This document shows positions 57,297 through 64,000 of a stretch of DNA of 64,000 nucleotides, piece by piece (position 1 is the first letter of the stretch; the number at the start of each line of letters is the position of its first letter). The notes beneath the pieces were generated by a model. It was not told the DNA's origin. It ran no database searches and saw nothing but the letters and a program-made list of their open reading frames with translations. Both the position numbers and the translations under genes were made by a program. This DNA is from an uncultured bacterium (GTDB lineage Bacteria > Cyanobacteriota > Vampirovibrionia > Gastranaerophilales > Gastranaerophilaceae), in contig CACWHC010000003.1 of assembly GCA_902760645.1 (NCBI GenBank), positions 29,169 to 93,168 of the forward strand, written 5' to 3'.

Positions 57297-58796
57297 CTAC
57301 TGACGTTTTTTAAGTGTCGGGAAAGCAATTACATCACGGATAGACGGGGAATTTGTCAACAGCATAATTAATCTGTCAATGCCTAATCCCAAACCGCCCA
57401 TTGGAGGAGCCCCATGTTCTAATGCACAGATATAATCCTCATCAATAGGCATAGCCTCATCATCACCGTTTGCTTTTGCCTGCATCTGAGCTTCAAATCT
57501 CATTCTCTGGTCTATCGGATCAGTAAGTTCAGAGAACGCATTTGCAATTTCCCAGCCGTTAACACGGGTTTCAAAACGTTCCGTCAGTCTGTCATTATCT
57601 CTGTGAACTTTCGCTAAAGGAGATATATCACGAGGATAATCAATAATATGAACAGGCTGTATTAGTGTAGGTTCAACCTTTTCTTCAAAAATTAAATCAA
57701 TAACTTTGCCCCAGTTGTCACAATCTTCCGGGTCAACACCCAAAGACTTAGCTTTATTCTTTGCATCTTCAAGAGTATAGCATGTTCCGAAATCTATACC
57801 TGTCTTTTCCTGAATGGCACCTATCATAGTCTTTCTGTCCCAAGGCGGAGTTAAATCAATTTCGTTATCACCGTATTGGATTTTCATAGTACCCAATACT
57901 TCCTGTGCAACCGTTGAAACAAGAGTTTCAGTCAACGTCATCATTTCGTTATAATCAACGTAAGCCTGATATAATTCCATCATGGTAAATTCGGGATTGT
58001 GACGAACATCAATACCCTCATTACGGAAGCTTCTGTTTATTTCAAAAATCTTTTCGCTTACACCGCCAACCATCAATCTCTTTAAATACAATTCCGGTGC
58101 AATTCTCAAAAACATATCCATATCAAGTGTATTATGATGAGTAATGAAAGGTCTTGCATTAGCACCGCCTGCCTGCGGGTGAAGCATAGGAGTTTCAACC
58201 TCTAAAAATCCCCTGTTTGTAAGAAATTCCCTGATTTTTTGGATAATTAAACTTCTTGTTCTGAAAGTTTTTCTTACGTCTTCATTTACAATCATGTCTA
58301 CATAACGTTGTCTGTAACGGGTTTCAACGTCAGTTAAACCGTGAAACTTCTCAGGCAAAGGTAATAACGATTTTGAAAGCATGGTTAAAGACGTTGCTTT
58401 AATTGATAATTCGCCCCTTGGGGTTCTTCTTATTGTACCCGTAAAACCAACAATATCACCTATATCTATAAGCTTTAATATTTGTAATTGTTCTTCGGAC
58501 AGGTTTTGTTTATGAGAAAATATCTGGATTTTTCCTGATGAATCCATCAAGTCAATGAACATGCCGCTGTTTCTGACAGCCATTACACGACCTGCAACAG
58601 AATATTCATCTTCGGTTTCAACACCTGGTTCAATATCTTTATATTTATCCTGCAGCTGAGCCGCATCTGCTGTCTTATTGAAAACATACGGATACGGATT
58701 CACTCCCTTATCAGCCAAATCAGTCAGCTTCTGAATTCTTATCTGCCTGATTTGATCACCTGCAGAATTTACTTCACGTTGTTGTTCTTGTGTCAT
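57297..58796 (-). CDS. lysS: lysyl-tRNA synthetase, class II
   Basis: ATG 58796 follows SD aaggaa. OB-fold N-domain; class II motifs FRNEGIDVRHNPEFT and GGLGLGIDRLIMLL. Confidence 0.95.
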   Translation of the reverse strand: MTQEQQREVNSAGDQIRQIRIQKLTDLADKGVNPYPYVFNKTADAAQLQDKYKDIEPGVETEDEYSVAGRVMAVRNSGMFIDLMDSSGKIQIFSHKQNLSEEQLQILKLIDIGDIVGFTGTIRRTPRGELSIKATSLTMLSKSLLPLPEKFHGLTDVETRYRQRYVDMIVNEDVRKTFRTRSLIIQKIREFLTNRGFLEVETPMLHPQAGGANARPFITHHNTLDMDMFLRIAPELYLKRLMVGGVSEKIFEINRSFRNEGIDVRHNPEFTMMELYQAYVDYNEMMTLTETLVSTVAQEVLGTMKIQYGDNEIDLTPPWDRKTMIGAIQEKTGIDFGTCYTLEDAKNKAKSLGVDPEDCDNWGKVIDLIFEEKVEPTLIQPVHIIDYPRDISPLAKVHRDNDRLTERFETRVNGWEIANAFSELTDPIDQRMRFEAQMQAKANGDDEAMPIDEDYICALEHGAPPMGGLGLGIDRLIMLLTNSPSIRDVIAFPTLKKRQ

Positions 58797-59064
58797 AATT
58801 AATTCCTTATTATTAGTGTAACTCTCTGAAATAATAGTAACATGGACAAAATCCATAGTAAATATAACTAATTTTCGTAATATTCTGTTATATTTGTAGT
58901 AAAAGACTTGAAAAATTTTTCAATATTAAGTATGATAAGTACACTTATTGTCATGAGTTTTGTAAATAAAACTTAATGAACCCCGAAAAAAAGGCAATAG
59001 ACGATAAGTAAAAGTTTTTATAATTGTATATGTGTAGTTAGTTATGAATCAGTAAAGTAGGAAC

Positions 59065-61128
59065 ATGGCAATACAAGCAATAAAAGCGGCTGATTTAAAT
59101 GCCAAAAAGAATAATAATTTAGGGACAGTTGCAAAACAGTCGGCTCAACCATCCTTCCAAGGACTTGAGCAGGTACCTGTTGCAGTAGCTGATGCCCTGA
59201 CTAACGGCGGATTTATCACATCCTTCATTGCACAAGATTTCTTTGGCATGGCAGGTCCTCGTGTATTAGAGGGCATCAACCGCCGTCCGGTAAACAAAGA
59301 AACAGGTAAAAAAGAAGGACCTTACAATTGGGCTTTTGCACGCAGGGAAGGTATCCGTGAAATACTGAGCGGACCTAGTGCTTTCATTATTCCTGCAATA
59401 TTGCTGCATTTTATTAAAAAGTACTCCGGAACTGCAAATAATGTTCCGATAAATATGATTCAGGGTTTGGGCAACAACTTCATTGATTATGCGGCAAAAA
59501 ATCCTGATACACTTGATAATGTTGCTAAAACAAAAACAGAATTCTACAATAACGTATTTAAAAATGTATTAAATACAACTCTTGAAGGTAACGTACCGGA
59601 AGCCAAAATAGATGAGCTCGCCAAAGATTATGCGGCAAGAGCTATTGAAATTGAACAGGCAAAAGGTAATAAAAAATCCTTATGGAAGAAGATCACAAAC
59701 CAAAAGGTTGCAGGTTCCCCTGAAGACTTAACCGACAGTTTGCTGAATGACTTTATGAAGCTTAAAAAACAGCATTTAAATCCGTCTGCAAATGAATTGA
59801 CTATTGAAATGGTTATTAATCCAAAAAAATTCGGTTTGTCCGGAAGCAATTTAGAGGAAGCCGACAAAACAAGTGTATCTTTCAAAAAGTTACTGACAAC
59901 TATGACAGATTTTACGGATGATGTTATAGATACAACAGGAAAAGCTTTAAAGAAATATAAAAACCAAAAGTTTGATCCTGAAAGATTCTTAAAGACATTT
60001 GTCGATAAACGAACAGGATCAAGAATATTATCAAATATGGGTATGTGGAGTGCTGTTGTCGGATTCTATGCACTTATACCTAAACTGTATTCATTGGGAT
60101 TAAAGGGTCAAAACCCTGCATTTGCCCACGAACACAGGGCTAAAATTCAGTCCGAAGAAAAATTATCAGATGCAGCTGAAAACACCTCTAACGGTAAAAA
60201 TGTTTCTTTCAGCGGAAGAGAAAAAGTTTTCACCAATACGGCCGAATATGTATTAAATTCGAGCAAATTAAAGAAATTCTTAAATCACTTTGAATTTGAT
60301 GATGCATCAATGTCCGTATCAGCAATGATGGCTTTGTTGTACGGTTTCTGTTTACCGACAAGACTATTGAATGCACCTGATAAGTATGACAGAAAAGAAA
60401 CTATTACCCGTGACATTACAAGTTTCGGTGCAATATTGTTTGCCGCTCAGGCACTATCAAGAGGCTTCTCCAAGATATTCTCAAATATTTCGGGACTTGC
60501 TTTAAATCATACTCCTTCAGATCACAATAAAAATTTCTATACAAGATTCATAAGAGATTATTTCTCTCCTGTCAGCGGAATAAACGTATTCACGAACAAA
60601 GAACTTGAATCTAAATACACATATATCAATGAATTTAAAGGCGGTGTTAACGGCTTCTTTGACTTCATTACTGACAACGGCGGTAATTTGAAGAAATTAT
60701 TAATGCGTGATAAGAGTGAAGCAATGACAGACAGCTTAAAAACAATTCTTGGAAAAGACTTAAAAGATGTTGTCAACGACGATGAAATCAAAAATGCATT
60801 TAAGAATATTACTAATGCTGATGAAGCTAAAACAAATGCATTGAAAACATTTGAGAATATATTTAAAGACAGCAAGAACAAATTTGTTAAGAGTGCTAAG
60901 GTCTATAACAGTATGTTCACATTCTTATCAACGATATTTATTGTTCCAAGCTTCATGATTTGGCTTGCAAGAACATGCGACAAGATGACCCGTACCGCAA
61001 GAGCAAAAGATTTGGAATTAAAAAAACAACAAAATGCTAAGCTTAATATAGTTAGTGATGCTCAGGCGCAAAATGCGATAAATATGCCTGCGACAAAAAT
61101 TACTATGCATGGTTTCTTATCGAAATAG
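59065..61128 (+). CDS. multi-pass membrane protein, unknown family (paralog 3)
   Basis: 687 aa. It shares the N-terminal PSFQG leader, the FFGMAGPR / FARREGIREILSGP blocks, and TRLLNAPDKYDRKETITRDITSF with the tandem pair at 21545-25221. Confidence 0.7.
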   Translation: MAIQAIKAADLNAKKNNNLGTVAKQSAQPSFQGLEQVPVAVADALTNGGFITSFIAQDFFGMAGPRVLEGINRRPVNKETGKKEGPYNWAFARREGIREILSGPSAFIIPAILLHFIKKYSGTANNVPINMIQGLGNNFIDYAAKNPDTLDNVAKTKTEFYNNVFKNVLNTTLEGNVPEAKIDELAKDYAARAIEIEQAKGNKKSLWKKITNQKVAGSPEDLTDSLLNDFMKLKKQHLNPSANELTIEMVINPKKFGLSGSNLEEADKTSVSFKKLLTTMTDFTDDVIDTTGKALKKYKNQKFDPERFLKTFVDKRTGSRILSNMGMWSAVVGFYALIPKLYSLGLKGQNPAFAHEHRAKIQSEEKLSDAAENTSNGKNVSFSGREKVFTNTAEYVLNSSKLKKFLNHFEFDDASMSVSAMMALLYGFCLPTRLLNAPDKYDRKETITRDITSFGAILFAAQALSRGFSKIFSNISGLALNHTPSDHNKNFYTRFIRDYFSPVSGINVFTNKELESKYTYINEFKGGVNGFFDFITDNGGNLKKLLMRDKSEAMTDSLKTILGKDLKDVVNDDEIKNAFKNITNADEAKTNALKTFENIFKDSKNKFVKSAKVYNSMFTFLSTIFIVPSFMIWLARTCDKMTRTARAKDLELKKQQNAKLNIVSDAQAQNAINMPATKITMHGFLSK

Positions 61129-61198
61129 TTTGACAAAAATTTCCACGATTTGATAGTATAATTATAATATCAGAGTAGAGATTGACGGAGTTTCAGGC

Positions 61199-62026
61199 AT
61201 GGCTATAAGCATAAGAAATTCAATAAAAAATATATTCAATGATAAGGATTTCACGGCAAAGTACAGCATACTTGTAGTATTGTCGTTTATTTGCGGATTA
61301 TTTGTGTTTGCAACTCTTGCTCATAACAAACCACTCATCATACCGACAGCAATACTCGCAACGTTAGCAGGATGTACAACAGTCGGCTATGACATAACCT
61401 ATCTGAAAGCCTTAATGGAAAAAGAAGATGCAAAATTGCCCGAATGGGATAAATTTTTTGAATACTTTAATACGGGACTTAAATTTTTATTTGCATTACT
61501 TCTTCTTGCTGCATCAATAATGGGAGCTGTACTGCTTCTGACTTTCCTCGGGAAAATTCTTTTAGGTAACATTAAAATTATAATGATAATATTTTTCACA
61601 CTGCTTAATTTGTTGGCACTTGGTTTTGAAATCTATCTTTTATTCTGCGGAATAGGTTTTTTATATGTATTTATAGAATCCGATTATAGTATCATTTCTG
61701 TATTTAATTTAAAGAAAATTTATAATTATTTTAGTACAAACTATTTTATAGCATTATTTGCTATGGTAACAATTGCAGGAATAAACGGAGTGCTTGCAAC
61801 ATTAACAACAATAAGAATAAAATATGCACTATTTTACATAATACCGTTACTCATTGCACCGTTTTTGAGATTAATAACCAATAATCTTATAGCACAGGCA
61901 CATATTGAAGATAAAAATAATGAGTCTGGTTCTGTCTGGAAACTCATCTTATATATTGCTACGGCTTCAACTCTTATAACATCAATATTACTACTCGGGA
62001 CAATCGGTAAATACCTGATACACTAA
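61199..62026 (+). CDS. polytopic membrane protein, DUF4013-like
   Basis: 275 aa with about 6 hydrophobic helices. A loop carries KLPEWDKFFEYFNTGLKF, resembling the conserved loop of DUF4013 proteins as I recall it. Confidence 0.55.
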   Translation: MAISIRNSIKNIFNDKDFTAKYSILVVLSFICGLFVFATLAHNKPLIIPTAILATLAGCTTVGYDITYLKALMEKEDAKLPEWDKFFEYFNTGLKFLFALLLLAASIMGAVLLLTFLGKILLGNIKIIMIIFFTLLNLLALGFEIYLLFCGIGFLYVFIESDYSIISVFNLKKIYNYFSTNYFIALFAMVTIAGINGVLATLTTIRIKYALFYIIPLLIAPFLRLITNNLIAQAHIEDKNNESGSVWKLILYIATASTLITSILLLGTIGKYLIH

Positions 62027-62087
62027 GTTATATTACTTTGTATTATTACATATTGTAATAAATATATTTTTCTAATATAATTGAGAT

Positions 62088-62909
62088 ATGGATATGAAGA
62101 GAATAAAATTAAAAGATTTTGAAATTGGCGGTGACAAATTAACAATTATTGCCGGTCCATGTGCTATAGAAAGTCAGGAAATACTTGATAAAACGGCAGA
62201 AACATTAAAAGAAATAACATCAAGGCTTGGAATAAATTATATATTCAAGTCATCCTTTGATAAGGCAAATCGCTCGTCTTTGAGTTCCTACAGAGGACCC
62301 GGAATTGAAAAAGGTTTGGAAATGCTCCAAAGCGTAAAAGAGAAATTTGACCTTCCTATAGTAACGGATATTCATACACCTGAGCAGGCGGCTATAGCTG
62401 CTGAAGTGGCTGATATCATACAGATACCTGCGTTTTTATGCAGACAAACAGACTTACTGGTTGCTGCAGCAAAAACCGGCAAAATTGTTAACATCAAAAA
62501 AGGTCAATTTTTGGCACCCGAACAAATGGAGCCACTGATTAAAAAAGTTGAGGACAGCGGCAATTACAATATTTTATTAACAGACAGAGGAACAACTTTC
62601 GGATATAACAATCTGGTAGTAGATTTCAGAGGTATACCTATTATGCAGGCATTTTCTTATCCCGTAGTATTTGATGCAACGCACAGCGTTCAATTACCGG
62701 GAGCAAACGGAGTATGCTCAGGCGGGGACAGAAGATTTGTTCCTGTCCTTGCAAAATCTGCAGTTGCGGCAGGTGCTAATGCACTGTTTTTTGAAATTCA
62801 CCCGGATCCGGACAAAGCACTTTGTGACGGACCAAATATGGTTGCATTAGATAACACGGGAAAATTATTCTCAATTTGCAGAGATATTTTTGAATTGGTG
62901 AGAACATAG
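62088..62909 (+). CDS. kdsA: 3-deoxy-8-phosphooctulonate synthase
   Basis: LTIIAGPCAIES, FKSSFDKANRSS, IQIPAFLCRQTDL, NIKKGQF, and FDATHSVQLPG. Confidence 0.93.
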   Translation: MDMKRIKLKDFEIGGDKLTIIAGPCAIESQEILDKTAETLKEITSRLGINYIFKSSFDKANRSSLSSYRGPGIEKGLEMLQSVKEKFDLPIVTDIHTPEQAAIAAEVADIIQIPAFLCRQTDLLVAAAKTGKIVNIKKGQFLAPEQMEPLIKKVEDSGNYNILLTDRGTTFGYNNLVVDFRGIPIMQAFSYPVVFDATHSVQLPGANGVCSGGDRRFVPVLAKSAVAAGANALFFEIHPDPDKALCDGPNMVALDNTGKLFSICRDIFELVRT

Positions 62910-62913
62910 AAAA

Positions 62914-63531
62914 ATGAATATAACTACATATATTGCCGGTCCGATTGATGCAAATAATTACCTCATTTATGATGAATCAACCAGAGATGCAGTTTTAATA
63001 GATTGCTCGGACTATAGAGAAGATATTTTAAATGAAGTAAAACAAAAAGGATTGAATGTAAAATATATACTACTTACGCACGGTCATTTTGACCACATTC
63101 TTGGGGTAAACGAAATGAAAAAAGCCCTTAATGTAAAAGCAGGAATAGCTAAAGCTGATATAATACTACTGGAGCATACTCCTGAAATGTGCGAAATGTT
63201 CGGTATACCGCCGGAAGAACCGCAAATAGCTGATTTTACATTTGATAGTGATACTAAATTATCAATCGGTAACAATCAAATTCAAATACTTTATACTCCC
63301 GGACACACAGAAGGTGGAGTAAGTTATTTAATAGAGGACAACCTGTTTTGCGGTGATACATTGTTTAAAGGAAGTTTTGGACGGACAGACTTGCCGGGCG
63401 GAGATTTTAAGGCTATAGTTAATAGTATAAAAAACACCCTTTTTAAACTTGATGATAATATTAATGTATATCCGGGACATGGTGAATCAACCACAATCGG
63501 ATATGAAAAAAAATATAACGAAATAAATTAG
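62914..63531 (+). CDS. MBL-fold metallo-hydrolase (glyoxalase II-like)
   Basis: ILLTHGHFDH, TPGHTEGG, GDTLF, and YPGHG. Confidence 0.88.
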   Translation: MNITTYIAGPIDANNYLIYDESTRDAVLIDCSDYREDILNEVKQKGLNVKYILLTHGHFDHILGVNEMKKALNVKAGIAKADIILLEHTPEMCEMFGIPPEEPQIADFTFDSDTKLSIGNNQIQILYTPGHTEGGVSYLIEDNLFCGDTLFKGSFGRTDLPGGDFKAIVNSIKNTLFKLDDNINVYPGHGESTTIGYEKKYNEIN

Positions 63532-63546
63532 TAAAGAGGTAGAATA

Positions 63547-64000
63547 ATGAAAGCACAACTGGAAAATATTTATTCATTGGCAGCTGAAGATATTGCAAAA
63601 GCAACATCAATAAGTGACTTAGATGAAGTCAGAGCTAAATATTTAAGTAGAAAAGGGGAATTTAACGAAATAAAAAAGAATTTAAAAAATTTGTCTGATG
63701 AAGATAAACGAATTGTAGGTTCTTTAGCAAACGAAATTACAAGAAAATTAGAAACCTCTATACAAGAAAAGCATGATGAATTTTATAAAAAAGAACTAAA
63801 TCAGAAATTAGAAAAAGAAAGGCTTGATGTAACTTTACCAGGTAAATTTATACCTAAAGGGAAAATACATCCGCTTACTTCTACAACAAATGAAATTGTA
63901 TCAATACTGCAAAGTTTAGGTTTTTCTGTTGTTGAAAGCAAAGACTCCCCTGAAGTGGAAACTGAATATTTTAACTTTGATATGTTAAATATACCAAAAG
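63547..64000 (+). CDS. pheS: phenylalanyl-tRNA synthetase alpha subunit, N-terminal part (3' end lies outside the window)
   Basis: ATG 63547 follows SD agagg, and the frame stays open to the window end. LDEVRAKYLSRKGEFNEI...RLDVTLPG...GKIHPLT...IVSILQSLGF matches the PheS N-terminal region. Confidence 0.9.
   Translation, partial: MKAQLENIYSLAAEDIAKATSISDLDEVRAKYLSRKGEFNEIKKNLKNLSDEDKRIVGSLANEITRKLETSIQEKHDEFYKKELNQKLEKERLDVTLPGKFIPKGKIHPLTSTTNEIVSILQSLGFSVVESKDSPEVETEYFNFDMLNIPK

Noticed and set aside
58908-58923. 16-bp perfect palindrome ttgaaaaatttttcaa between lysS and the paralog 3 gene
   Set aside because: It is composed almost entirely of A and T runs in an AT-rich intergenic region, so chance occurrence is plausible and no second copy was seen.

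Overview
AT-rich bacterial chromosomal segment. It holds about 50 protein-coding genes on both strands, one tRNA-Phe, and no rRNA or CRISPR array. Many genes are preceded by GGAG-type Shine-Dalgarno sequences, and several convergent gene pairs share hairpin/T-run terminators.

Recognisable housekeeping genes:
- rubrerythrin (3' end only)
- nrdD-nrdG behind a compact cobalamin-riboswitch-like leader
- a YnbB-type PLP enzyme
- alpha-glucan phosphorylase
- recG, ldcA, dnaX, rsmE and the CCA-adding enzyme
- clpB and clpC
- a glf-galE-ABC exporter operon with a GT2 glycosyltransferase
- PBP1A and an RNase HIII-like protein
- a GT39-like membrane glycosyltransferase
- queH and a VKOR-DsbA fusion
- an asparaginase-II-family protein
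- panE, an HD-GYP protein, lysS, kdsA, an MBL hydrolase, and pheS (5' end only)

kdsA, the MsbA-like exporter and PBP1A indicate a diderm envelope. The taxon cannot be assigned from this sequence alone.

I did not find a clear canonical defence, CRISPR, toxin-antitoxin or secretion system. The observations most worth a second look are:
1. A roughly 1.7 kb islet next to tRNA-Phe. It is bounded by an imperfect duplication of the tRNA 3' end and flank. It carries an HExxH-motif ORF, three helically phased GAGTAAAT iterons, and three copies of a two-hairpin repeat whose copies differ by compensatory base-pair substitutions.
2. A family of large multi-pass membrane proteins of unknown function. Two are in tandem and one is 34 kb away.
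3. A recurring P-[ST]-F-x-[GAS] element in polar N-terminal leaders of otherwise unrelated hypothetical proteins. Support for this is weak.
4. Two orphan CheR-like methyltransferases.

All functional calls rest on motif recognition by eye, not on database searches.
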